DNA from: a virus
Lineage: Duplodnaviria; Heunggongvirae; Uroviricota; Caudoviricetes
DNA: 64,000 nt
Reading direction: 5' to 3' (one strand)
IMG/VR virus record: IMGVR_UViG_3300017722_002988
Span: 3,760-67,759 of that record
Below, piece by piece: positions 34,021 to 43,090 of the stretch (the first letter of the stretch is position 1; each line of letters opens with the position of its first letter). Under the pieces are notes generated by a model that saw only the letters and a program-made list of their open reading frames with translations, ran no database searches and had not been told where the DNA came from. The translations under genes and the position numbers were made by a program.

Positions 34021-36105
34021 ATGGCATTCAGCGTTTCAGCGGGTGTGAACATTTCTGAGATAGACCTCACTACGATCGTGCCTGGTACCTCTACCACTGA
34101 GGGCGCAATCGCAGGCGTCTTTGGATGGGGACCCGTCGGCGAAGCCACTCTGATCAGCAACGAAAGTGCTCTTGCTGCTCGTTTTGGTAAGCCAACCAAC
34201 AATAACGCAGAGACCTGGTTTGTCGCTGCTGACTTCCTGTCCTATGGCAACTCGCTTCTCGTCACGCGTGCAGCAAACACCACTGATGCCGCTGGCACGG
34301 TCGGCGTTCTGTCTGCTATCGCAAACACCGGTTCGGCTAACCTGGTTAACCACGTTGTTAAGAGCGCTGCTGACTGGGAAGTTAAAGAAGACACCGTCGA
34401 CTCCGACGTTCACTTCATTGCTCGTTACCCAGGCACTATGGGTAACTCCCTGCGTGTTGCAGTCTGCGAAACCGCAAATCAGTTCAGCTCTACAGTCGCT
34501 AACACGACTATCTTCCCAGCCAACGCATCGATCAACGTTGCTTCTGCTGCTATCTCGTTCGTTTCAGGTGACCGCTTCGGTACTGTTACGATTGCTGCGG
34601 CGAACGCAACTATTCTTGACACGGTCGTAGACGGCTATGCTACCACGACCAAGGCGTCCCTGGCTGCCGCTGTCATTGAGGGCGACCTCCTGCTGGTCAA
34701 TGGGCAGTATGTAAAGGTTGCCAACATTGCGACTCCAACTGTTGCATCTACAGCAAACGGCTATGTTGCCTCGATCAAAATCAATCTTGCTGACGAGTAT
34801 ACGCAGCTGGGAACGACCACGACCCGTGACCTTAGCCGCTTCTGGGAGTTCTCGACTGTTGTTGATGGTGCCCCTGGTCAGTCCGAATATGTCGCGGCTC
34901 AAGGTAACACTGCAGCAAGCGACGAAGTTCATGCTGTCATCGTCGATGCTGGCGGTGTCTTCACGGGCGTCCCTGGCCAAGTTCTGGAAGTCTATCAGAA
35001 CCTGTCGCGTGCAACTAACGCACGTTCCCCAGACGGTCAAAACATTTACTACAAGAACGTCATCAATGATGGTTCCAACTATGTTTGGGCTGGTGCTGAT
35101 CGTGCTAACGCTGCATCCGCTACGGCAACTGCTATTGCCAGCGCAACTAACGCTACACCTCTGAACATCCGCATGGCCGGCGGTTCTGATGGTGCTGCTG
35201 AGGACGCTGTAACACTGGCGGTTCTTGCTGCTGCATACGACACCTTCACCAATGCCGAGCAGGTCGATGTTTCGATCATCATGGCTGGTAAGGCGGTCGG
35301 TGGTTCCGTGGGCGAAGGCCTGGCTAAGTACATCAAGGATAACGTCGTTGACACCCGTCTCGACTGCGTTCTGACGGTATCCCCTCCACGCGCTTCCGTT
35401 GTCAACAATGTCGGTTCCGAGGCATCTAGCATCGTTGCATTCCGCAATGCGCTGGGCAGCTCTTCGTACCTCATCATGGACTCCGGTTACAAGTACCGCT
35501 ATGACAAGTACAACGACGTATACCGCTACGTTCCACTGAATGGCGACATTGCTGGTCTCATGGTTCGCACCGACTCTACTCGTGACCCTTGGTTCTCCCC
35601 AGCTGGTTTCAACCGTGGTCAAATCAAGAACATCGTTAAGCTTGCATGGAACCCAGACAAGGCAAACCGTGACACCCTCTACAAGAACGGTGTTAACCCT
35701 GTCGTAACATTCCCAGGCCAAGGAACAATCCTGTACGGTGACAAGACTCTGCTGGCTAAGCCATCGGCGTTCGACCGCATTAACGTGCGCCGTCTGTTCA
35801 TCGTTCTGGAGAAGGCTATCGCTACGGCCTCCAAGTTCACTCTGTTCGAGTACAACGATGAGTTCACCCGTGCTCAGTTCCGTTCGCTAGTCGAGCCATT
35901 CCTGCGTGATGTTCAGGGCCGTCGTGGTATCTACGATTTCCGCGTCGTCTGTGATGAGTCCAACAACACCGGCGAGGTCATTGACCGCAACGAGTTCGTT
36001 GGTGACATTTACATCAAGCCAGCCCGTTCTATCAACTTCATTCAGCTGAACTTTGTGGCCGTTCGTTCGGGCGTCGAGTTCTCTGAGGTTGTAGGCAAGT
36101 TCTAA
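34021..36105 (+). CDS. gp18: Tail sheath protein gp18
   Basis: 'SAGVNISEIDLT', 'FGWGPV', 'PWFSPAGFNRG', 'SAFDRINVRRLF'. Confidence 0.97.
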   Translation: MAFSVSAGVNISEIDLTTIVPGTSTTEGAIAGVFGWGPVGEATLISNESALAARFGKPTNNNAETWFVAADFLSYGNSLLVTRAANTTDAAGTVGVLSAIANTGSANLVNHVVKSAADWEVKEDTVDSDVHFIARYPGTMGNSLRVAVCETANQFSSTVANTTIFPANASINVASAAISFVSGDRFGTVTIAAANATILDTVVDGYATTTKASLAAAVIEGDLLLVNGQYVKVANIATPTVASTANGYVASIKINLADEYTQLGTTTTRDLSRFWEFSTVVDGAPGQSEYVAAQGNTAASDEVHAVIVDAGGVFTGVPGQVLEVYQNLSRATNARSPDGQNIYYKNVINDGSNYVWAGADRANAASATATAIASATNATPLNIRMAGGSDGAAEDAVTLAVLAAAYDTFTNAEQVDVSIIMAGKAVGGSVGEGLAKYIKDNVVDTRLDCVLTVSPPRASVVNNVGSEASSIVAFRNALGSSSYLIMDSGYKYRYDKYNDVYRYVPLNGDIAGLMVRTDSTRDPWFSPAGFNRGQIKNIVKLAWNPDKANRDTLYKNGVNPVVTFPGQGTILYGDKTLLAKPSAFDRINVRRLFIVLEKAIATASKFTLFEYNDEFTRAQFRSLVEPFLRDVQGRRGIYDFRVVCDESNNTGEVIDRNEFVGDIYIKPARSINFIQLNFVAVRSGVEFSEVVGKF

Positions 36106-36141
36106 TAAAAGATCCTAGGTTCAACTAGGACGGGAACCTTA

Positions 36142-36168
36142 GGGGAGGCCGTCAGGTCTCCCCTTTTT
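36142..36168 (+). terminator. Rho-independent terminator after gp18
   Basis: ggggaggcc-gtca-ggtctcccc stem-loop followed by TTTTT. Confidence 0.85.
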
Positions 36169-36193
36169 CCTACCGGAACGGGGTCTCAAACAA

Positions 36194-36201
36194 TATAAAT
36201 A
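36194..36201 (+). promoter_or_regulatory. T4 late promoter TATAAATA
   Basis: Exact consensus, upstream of gp19. Confidence 0.85.
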
Positions 36202-36242
36202 GGTGGTATAACATATGCCACTCATTCAGGAGAAAACAGTCG

Positions 36243-36794
36243 ATGGCTTTCAATATCAACGAGATCCGTTCTCAGCTGACCTACGGTGGCGCTAGACCGA
36301 ACCTCTTCCAGGTTCAGTTCAGCAACCCAGCGAACGGCGCTGGTGACCTGAAGGTCCCATTCCTCGTTCAAGCCGCTGAGATTCCAGCCGCAACCCTTAG
36401 CGAGATCCAAGTTCCATACTTTGGTCGTACGATTAAGGTAGCAGGAAACCGCACTTACGGAAACTGGACAGTCACCGTCATGAACGACGAAGACTATCTC
36501 ATCCGTAACGCCCTTGAGCAGTGGTCTAACCGCATCAACTCCTTCGAAGGCAACGTTCGTACCTTCGGTGGCCCAGAGTCCAGCCGCTACAAGTCGACTG
36601 GCCGTGTTACTCAGATGTCCAAGGACGGTCGTGCGCTCCGCACCTACCGTTTCAATGGCATCTTCCCTGTTGACGTTTCTGGTATCGGCCTCAACTGGGC
36701 TGACAACGACCAGATTGAAACGTTCCAGTGCACGTTCGCTTACGACTGGTGGGATATCGACACCAGCATCACCGGCAATGCCGGCGGCGTCTAA
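36243..36794 (+). CDS. gp19: Tail tube protein gp19
   Basis: 'GGARPNLFQV', 'VPYFGRTIKVAGNRTY..WTVTVMNDED', 'IETFQCTFAYDWW'. Confidence 0.95.
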   Translation: MAFNINEIRSQLTYGGARPNLFQVQFSNPANGAGDLKVPFLVQAAEIPAATLSEIQVPYFGRTIKVAGNRTYGNWTVTVMNDEDYLIRNALEQWSNRINSFEGNVRTFGGPESSRYKSTGRVTQMSKDGRALRTYRFNGIFPVDVSGIGLNWADNDQIETFQCTFAYDWWDIDTSITGNAGGV

Positions 36795-36808
36795 AGATAG
36801 ACTGTGAA

Positions 36809-36840
36809 GGGGGAGGCATAGCTTCCCCCACCATCCTTTT
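36809..36840 (+). terminator. Probable terminator hairpin after gp19
   Basis: gggggaggc-ata-gcttccccc stem; the U-tract is displaced by several nt. Confidence 0.5.
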
Positions 36841-36857
36841 ATGGAAGTAATCTACGC

Positions 36858-38444
36858 ATGCAGCTATTTGGCTTTGAGTTCCGTCGAAAAGTAGACACGG
36901 ATCCATCAGTACAACCTGACTCATTCGCACCTGAGGTGAACGAAGACGGAGCTGTAAATATTTCTACGGGAGGTGTTTATGGCACTTCCATTGACCTCGA
37001 TGGATCTATTCGCTCTGAAGCAGAGCTAATCACCAAATACCGTGAAGCTGTTCAGAACCAAGAACTGGACACTGCAGTCACGAAGATCATTAACGAAGCT
37101 ATCGTGCAAGATGAAGACAACGAGGTTGTCAAAATCGTGTTGGATAGGCTTGAGTTTGGTGATAACGTCAAGAAGATGATCTCGGATGAGTTCGCGTACG
37201 TCACGGATCTACTTGATTTCAACATTTCCCCTTACAAGATATTTGAAAACTGGTACGTAGACGGCCGTCTGTACTACCACGTGATCATTGACCCGAAAGA
37301 TCCAAAGGCTGGCATCAAAGAGATGCGATACCTGGATCCGCGTAAGATTCGCAAAGTCAAAGAGACCAAGTCTAAGCGCATGGCTCAAGGCGTTGTGGTC
37401 AAAGAGGTTGCTAAGGAATATTACATCTACTCTGACCGTATTCTGAATACGAAGCAGGTTTCAGGTCAGTCTACAAACGATGGTGCCCTGAAGATTGCTA
37501 AAGACTCGATCATCCATGTCACCTCTGGGCTAACTAGCCCTAACGGGGACATGATCCTGTCATATCTGCAGAAAGCATTGCGGCCTCTGAATCAACTGCG
37601 GGCTCTGGAAGATAGCCTGGTCATTTACCGCATCTCCCGTGCGCCTGAACGCCGGATCTTCTATATCGACGTTGGTAACCTGCCAAAGGCCAAGGCTGAG
37701 CAGCACCTTCGCGACATCATGAACAAGTTCAAAAACAAGCTCGTATACGATGCATCCACCGGTGCTATTAAGGATGACCGCAAGTTCATGACCATGCTGG
37801 AAGATTTCTGGCTCCCACGCCGTGAAGGTGGTAAGGGAACCGAGATCACTACTCTTCCAGGTGGGCAGAACCTTGGTCAGATCGATGACATCACATACTT
37901 CCAGAAGAACCTCTACAAGTCCTTGAACGTGCCCATCAGCCGTCTAGATTCTGAACAGGCCTTCAATCTTGGTCGTTCTAGCGAGATTTCACGAGACGAG
38001 CTGGAGTTCTCGAAGTTCATCACCCGCCTGCGTTCTTCATTTGCACAGCTATTTGTCAAGACACTTGGCACCCAGCTAATGTTGAAGAATATCGTCACGC
38101 CTGAAGATTGGGAACAGATTAAAGGTAAAATCCGTTTCAACTTCAACAAAGACAACTTCTATGAAGAACTGAAGGAAACTGAGATTCTCCGTGAGCGTAT
38201 TACTATGCTTCAACAGATTGACGATTATGCTGGCAAGTATTACTCGCACAAGTGGGTTCGTACTAAGGTTCTTCGTCAGACTGAAGAAGAAATGAAGGAA
38301 GAAGACAAGCAAATCAACAAAGAAGTTGATATGCCGCAATATCAAGCAGTAGAAGATGCAGCGCCTGGCACTGATGCTGGAGGCGGTGATGGTCAAATGG
38401 ATCAGCCACCAGCACCTGGCACGCCTGTCGGACCAGATCGCTAA
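36858..38444 (+). CDS. gp20: Portal protein gp20
   Basis: 'WYVDGRLYYH', 'YRISRAPERRIFYIDVGNLPKAKAEQHL', 'EDFWLPRREGGKGTEITTLPGGQNLG'. Confidence 0.97.
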   Translation: MQLFGFEFRRKVDTDPSVQPDSFAPEVNEDGAVNISTGGVYGTSIDLDGSIRSEAELITKYREAVQNQELDTAVTKIINEAIVQDEDNEVVKIVLDRLEFGDNVKKMISDEFAYVTDLLDFNISPYKIFENWYVDGRLYYHVIIDPKDPKAGIKEMRYLDPRKIRKVKETKSKRMAQGVVVKEVAKEYYIYSDRILNTKQVSGQSTNDGALKIAKDSIIHVTSGLTSPNGDMILSYLQKALRPLNQLRALEDSLVIYRISRAPERRIFYIDVGNLPKAKAEQHLRDIMNKFKNKLVYDASTGAIKDDRKFMTMLEDFWLPRREGGKGTEITTLPGGQNLGQIDDITYFQKNLYKSLNVPISRLDSEQAFNLGRSSEISRDELEFSKFITRLRSSFAQLFVKTLGTQLMLKNIVTPEDWEQIKGKIRFNFNKDNFYEELKETEILRERITMLQQIDDYAGKYYSHKWVRTKVLRQTEEEMKEEDKQINKEVDMPQYQAVEDAAPGTDAGGGDGQMDQPPAPGTPVGPDR

Positions 38445-38448
38445 ATCT

Positions 38449-38456
38449 TATAAATA
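38449..38456 (+). promoter_or_regulatory. T4 late promoter TATAAATA
   Basis: Exact consensus, upstream of the prohead-core region. Confidence 0.85.
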
Positions 38457-38476
38457 AGGTAATTGGAGATTATACT

Positions 38477-38647
38477 ATGCCTCAAGATCAACGTATTCTA
38501 GACATCATCGCTGCCTCTTCTGAACAGAGACCAGCTGATGTTGGAGCTATTGTTAATGAGCTAATCGGAGAGCGCATTCATGCTCTGATCGATCAGCGCC
38601 GTGATGACACGCGTGCGAATTTCTTCCCAGAAATCGACTCCGAATAA
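38477..38647 (+). CDS. Small prohead core protein (gp67-like; 56 aa; not in ORF track)
   Basis: Manual translation MPQDQRILDIIAASSEQRPADVGAIVNELIGERIHALIDQRRDDTRANFFPEIDSE; RBS GGAG; position right after the portal gene. Confidence 0.65.
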   Translation: MPQDQRILDIIAASSEQRPADVGAIVNELIGERIHALIDQRRDDTRANFFPEIDSE

Positions 38648-38675
38648 TATCAACACACCACGAGGAAGCAAAAAA

Positions 38676-39335
38676 ATGGCGAAAACGCTAAAAACAATTC
38701 TAGAAACATACGCTCCTCGATCGGTAGACGAGAAGAGATTCATCGACAAGCACGTCGTGGTCAAGCATGCTGACCGCAACGGTAACGGTGATGAGGTTTT
38801 CAAAGCCTCTAACATCAAGACCGTCAAGCGCGCTTCTGAGCATGGCTACGACGTTGGCAAGGATGCAACGGTTTATGAAGATGTCGAACAAATCGACGAA
38901 ATTCTAGGTGTACGCTTCGGCAAGAAGCAATCGCAGCTATACCCACACATGAGTGATGTGTTGCAGCGTCACGCAGAAAATAATGGGGCAGTTCATAAGG
39001 GTCTTGGAATCGGTCTCCCTAGCCACGGCTATAACATCGAACATCATAGGCCTGACATTGAAAGGCACCCAAGATTTAGGGAAGCTGTGGACGTGTGTGA
39101 CGAAGATAACCCACACTACAGCCATGAACTCAAGCATGAAATTGAACACCCTGCTGTTCAAGCAATTGCTAGAGACCACGGCCTCAGCAGCTTCCAGGCT
39201 CATGACTATTGCAGCCGCGGACCGTTCCACCGCCGTTGGGGCCACCTGGACTTCGATAAGTATTCGCCAACCGATGGACCAACGAGCCCGTATTTCGATC
39301 GTCACCACGATCATGTGCCACACGAACACGACTAA
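38676..39335 (+). CDS. Prohead core/internal-protein-like protein (start at MAKTLKTILE)
   Basis: RBS GAGG before ATG 38676; N-terminal 'KTILE' and internal 'YEDVEQIDE' protease-like sites; His-rich C-terminal module. Confidence 0.6.
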   Translation: MAKTLKTILETYAPRSVDEKRFIDKHVVVKHADRNGNGDEVFKASNIKTVKRASEHGYDVGKDATVYEDVEQIDEILGVRFGKKQSQLYPHMSDVLQRHAENNGAVHKGLGIGLPSHGYNIEHHRPDIERHPRFREAVDVCDEDNPHYSHELKHEIEHPAVQAIARDHGLSSFQAHDYCSRGPFHRRWGHLDFDKYSPTDGPTSPYFDRHHDHVPHEHD

Positions 39336-39350
39336 GATCGGATCATTCAT

Positions 39351-41975
39351 TTGACACAGAATCTCGAAGAGAGCGTAAAGATCGTCAAGAACGCCCTTGA
39401 GGCCGGCGGCGTTTATCCTGATGCTGTTAGCAAAAACAATGATGGTCACATCATTGTTCGCGACGGTTTTTTCTACAAGTCTGGCCGCACGGCCGAGGGT
39501 CACACTCACAAGATCAAAAAGGCTTTGGACGCTGCTGGTATCAAGCACTCTATCGTCGATGATGGTGAGCATAATGCTCCGTTCCGTGGCGGAGCCTCTG
39601 TAGCTAGAAATTCGCATTTCTACACACACATCAAACTGCATGAAGACACTCTTACTGAGTCAGCTGCGAACCGCCCAGACCACTTTGCCTTTACACACAC
39701 TCCAGGCGACTCTGAGTCAGAGCGCAAACTGGCAAAGCTTAAGAGCGTAGTTAGTGACCACAATAAAACCTCTGATTTCAAGCTAAGGGTGCTTGCAAAA
39801 GGTCGTATGGGTAAAGACAACCCTAACGCTGAAAAGTATAAGCGCGATCACACTGGCCGCACAGCTAGACCGAACTCGCATGGCTATCAGACGATCACCT
39901 TGGCTGACGCCAAGCACCACGATCTATACGTCGCACCTCGAAACGAGTCAGACGCAAGTGGCCGTAGCCATGAAGATCAAAGAACACACCACGCTATCGC
40001 GCGGAATGTGACTGGTTACTTCAAACATGCTACTGGGCTAAATATGCAAGAAGAAGTTATCAACGAAGTTTCTAAGGATCTACTGAAGCGCTATGTCGCT
40101 AAAGGCGATAGGTCCTACGACCAACTGAATGACAAGGCGTACAACGCCTGGAAGTCTTCAGACGATCTTCGCGATAATCCAGCAGCGTACAAGAAAACGA
40201 CCGACGCCGCAGTTAAGTTCGGCCGCAAAGCTGACCGTCGGGCCCTCAGCCTCAACAAGGCAGATGCACGTCTAGCGGAAGAAATGACAACATCACAGCG
40301 TCATGACAAACACTATGATGAGCAACCAGAGCACGTCAAGAATAATTTGAACACCCATCTGCGAAATGGTATGACCTACCCAGATGCAGTTGCTAGGGAA
40401 GTTGGAAAACATCAGGGCGCGACTCCTTTGAATGAAGCATATCCATCCGCTGCTGCAATGGCTAGAAAGGCTAAGGCTGTAAAGCAGGCTCGTGCAGTTG
40501 CTACCGGTTATGCTAATCAGAAATCTGGCAAGTGGTCCTCACAATCCTACAAGACTGAAGATGGTCGCTGGGCCTCGAAGGACGTTAAGGAAGAAACTCT
40601 GGTCGAAAGATACAAGAGGGCAACGAGTCGCGTTTCTTTATGGGAAGCATCTTCCCAGACTTTAGTTGCAACTAAAGGCAGCGATAAGGCTAGCCGCTAT
40701 GAAATGCATACTCGTATGCCAGGCGAAGCCAGCGAATATTCTTCCATTATCAAAACTCACCAGGATGGTAAGCCGCTTCAAAATCAATGGGGCGGATACA
40801 ACACACTGCGCACTGGCAAAACTGCTTATGTGAAGAAGCACTTTGATAAGCTTGATGAAGAACTAGATCTGAACGAAGGCACTATCGGTTCTTGGTCTAA
40901 TGCTGGCCCGTTCATTCGTGTCACTAAGGGCACGGATCGTGTTACCAAAAAGCCTGCGCGCCACGTTGAAATTCACGATATGGGAAACAAGACGCGCTTG
41001 ATTACGTCGGTGCACCCAGACTGGAAAAACGAAGATATCAAAAACCACCTGATCAAAACTCACGGCAAGAAGCTCGATAATGTCCACTGGAATCTAGATG
41101 AAGAAGTCATCACTGAGCTTTCTAAAGGAACCCTTGGATCCTATATCAAAAAAGCATCAAACGACGTGGCAAGCAAGGCTGTAGAATACGGCACGAAGAA
41201 GGCCGAGCGTGACGAGGTTGATCGGATCACCAACCGTCACATGAAATATGCTGACAAAGACACGGTTCACCAGGCTCTCAAAACCACTTCGGATGACGTC
41301 GAAGGCCCAAGGGTGAAAGCTGCTAAGCGTATCGGTGGTATCTCTAAGGCAGTCAACAAGCTGACTAACGAAGACGTTCAGCTCGACGAAGCTCCTTACT
41401 ACTCGCTAGAAGCTTCCAAAGCCCGTATGGCCAAGGAAAAGGCACGCGCTGCAGCCAAGGCCGCAATCGCTGCAGCTAAGGCGGATTCTTCTATTGCTAG
41501 AAAAGAAGCCAGGGAAAATAGATCCCTCCACATTGCTCGTCATATCGAAGCCGAAGTAGGCAACCACTATCCTGACTCTGATGGCTTCGAAGCGATCAGC
41601 AACAAAGTTAGGAAAATGGGCATCCCACACCATGAAGTAATTGATCACCTGGATAAAGCTGCTCGCAAGCACCTCGGAGCCAAGAGCTTTGACCACTACG
41701 TGGATAATTTCCACAAAGATTATCAGGGTTCAATGAACGAATCTAAAACCGATCAATCTAGGGTGATTGCCGACCACATCAAAAACGAAATCAGCCCAAA
41801 CCGTAAGGCAAACAAAAGCTTTATGTCTCTCAGTCAGAAACTTAGGGGTATGGGTATTCCAGCCCATGAAGTAGGTGATCGTTTAAGCCATGCAGCCCGT
41901 AAACACTTAGGTGCTAGAGACTTCCACGCTTACGCAGACAAGGTTCATAAGCACACTAAAGGAATATCTAACTAA
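39351..41975 (+). CDS. 874-aa basic modular protein, putative internal head polyprotein (TTG start)
   Basis: Located between portal and gp21; basic His/Lys-rich modules separated by acidic E(E/D)-x(1-2)-[LIM]-x-E linkers. Confidence 0.7.
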   Translation: MTQNLEESVKIVKNALEAGGVYPDAVSKNNDGHIIVRDGFFYKSGRTAEGHTHKIKKALDAAGIKHSIVDDGEHNAPFRGGASVARNSHFYTHIKLHEDTLTESAANRPDHFAFTHTPGDSESERKLAKLKSVVSDHNKTSDFKLRVLAKGRMGKDNPNAEKYKRDHTGRTARPNSHGYQTITLADAKHHDLYVAPRNESDASGRSHEDQRTHHAIARNVTGYFKHATGLNMQEEVINEVSKDLLKRYVAKGDRSYDQLNDKAYNAWKSSDDLRDNPAAYKKTTDAAVKFGRKADRRALSLNKADARLAEEMTTSQRHDKHYDEQPEHVKNNLNTHLRNGMTYPDAVAREVGKHQGATPLNEAYPSAAAMARKAKAVKQARAVATGYANQKSGKWSSQSYKTEDGRWASKDVKEETLVERYKRATSRVSLWEASSQTLVATKGSDKASRYEMHTRMPGEASEYSSIIKTHQDGKPLQNQWGGYNTLRTGKTAYVKKHFDKLDEELDLNEGTIGSWSNAGPFIRVTKGTDRVTKKPARHVEIHDMGNKTRLITSVHPDWKNEDIKNHLIKTHGKKLDNVHWNLDEEVITELSKGTLGSYIKKASNDVASKAVEYGTKKAERDEVDRITNRHMKYADKDTVHQALKTTSDDVEGPRVKAAKRIGGISKAVNKLTNEDVQLDEAPYYSLEASKARMAKEKARAAAKAAIAAAKADSSIARKEARENRSLHIARHIEAEVGNHYPDSDGFEAISNKVRKMGIPHHEVIDHLDKAARKHLGAKSFDHYVDNFHKDYQGSMNESKTDQSRVIADHIKNEISPNRKANKSFMSLSQKLRGMGIPAHEVGDRLSHAARKHLGARDFHAYADKVHKHTKGISN

Positions 41976-42373
41976 TGCCAGTATCACCTAACATTGTTAT
42001 CAACCGCGAGAATTCATCTGCAGTATTTCACTTCAACGCCAATACAAGTGGCATTGTTGTTGCAGGAAATAACTCGGTTAGCAACGTTGCTATCGAAGAA
42101 GAAGTAATCACTGGGGTCACTATTACCCAGGCAGCGTACGGTTCCACGCCTGGTGCGTATTGGCACGTCCAAAGAGGTTCTAATACTGCTGTAGTCCTAG
42201 ACTCTACTGGATTCATCGACTTCGCTGGCATTGGAATGCCCATAAATAAAGACATCGCTGCTGATATTTCGGTAACGTTGATTCCGCCAGAGGGCAGCGC
42301 TGTTCCTTCCAAGGGCTTCCTTGTCCTTGAGGTACAGAAGCAAAACGCTCGCCTAGAATATCTAGCCGACTAA
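41975..42373 (+). CDS. Conserved hypothetical beta-rich protein upstream of gp21
   Basis: TAATG coupled; fills the gap in the head operon. Confidence 0.65.
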   Translation: MPVSPNIVINRENSSAVFHFNANTSGIVVAGNNSVSNVAIEEEVITGVTITQAAYGSTPGAYWHVQRGSNTAVVLDSTGFIDFAGIGMPINKDIAADISVTLIPPEGSAVPSKGFLVLEVQKQNARLEYLAD

Positions 42374-42386
42374 GGAGACTACCATA

Positions 42387-43052
42387 ATGAAGCTGTTCCT
42401 AGACATCGCTGAGGACGTTCAGTACATCGAAGAAGCCGCAGGCGAGGATGGAAAGAAATCCCTGTTTATTGAGGGTGTTTTCCTTCAGGGCGGCATCAAG
42501 AACCGTAACGGTCGCATGTACCCGTCTCAAATTCTTGAGAACGAGGTCGCACGTTATACTAAGGAGTCGATCGCAGCTAACCGTGCTTACGGCGAGCTTG
42601 GCCACCCATCTGGCCCAGCTATCAACCTAGACCGTGTGTCACACATGATCAAGGAGCTCCGTAAGGATGGCAACAACTATATCGGTAAAGCTAAGATCAT
42701 GGAAACGCCGATGGGTAACATCGTCAGGAACCTGATCAAAGAAGGTGCTGGTCTTGGTGTTTCCTCCCGTGGTATGGGTACGCTGAAAGCCCAGAACGGA
42801 CTTATGGAAGTTCAGAATGACTTCCGACTTGCAACCGCCGCTGACGTTGTTGCAGACCCATCCGCACCTGACGCCTTCGTTCAAGGCATCATGGAAGGTG
42901 TTGAGTGGATCTGGGAGAATGGTATCTTTAAGCAGGCAACTCTTGAGACGGCCGTTCAGGTCATCGAAAATCACGCTGCTGCACGTACACTGGACAATGA
43001 GCGTAAGATGAAGATCTTCGAAGCGCTACTGTCTGGTCATACAAATCAGTAA
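42387..43052 (+). CDS. gp21: Prohead protease gp21
   Basis: 'NRNGRMYP', 'AYGELGHP', 'INLDRVSH', 'GVSSRGMG', 'DVVADPSAPDAFV'. Confidence 0.97.
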   Translation: MKLFLDIAEDVQYIEEAAGEDGKKSLFIEGVFLQGGIKNRNGRMYPSQILENEVARYTKESIAANRAYGELGHPSGPAINLDRVSHMIKELRKDGNNYIGKAKIMETPMGNIVRNLIKEGAGLGVSSRGMGTLKAQNGLMEVQNDFRLATAADVVADPSAPDAFVQGIMEGVEWIWENGIFKQATLETAVQVIENHAAARTLDNERKMKIFEALLSGHTNQ

Positions 43053-43054
43053 TT

Positions 43055-43062
43055 TATAAATA
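43055..43062 (+). promoter_or_regulatory. T4 late promoter TATAAATA
   Basis: Exact consensus, upstream of gp22. Confidence 0.85.
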
Positions 43063-43090
43063 CAACAGAACATTCCTAAAGGAGCTGTCG

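Noticed and set aside
34564-35721. 385-aa minus-strand ORF within gp18
   Set aside because: Antisense shadow caused by the strong codon bias of a highly expressed gene.
36215-36295. Short out-of-frame ORF (MPLIQEKTVDG...) overlapping the gp19 start
   Set aside because: No RBS; its apparent coding sequence simply contains the gp19 Shine-Dalgarno.
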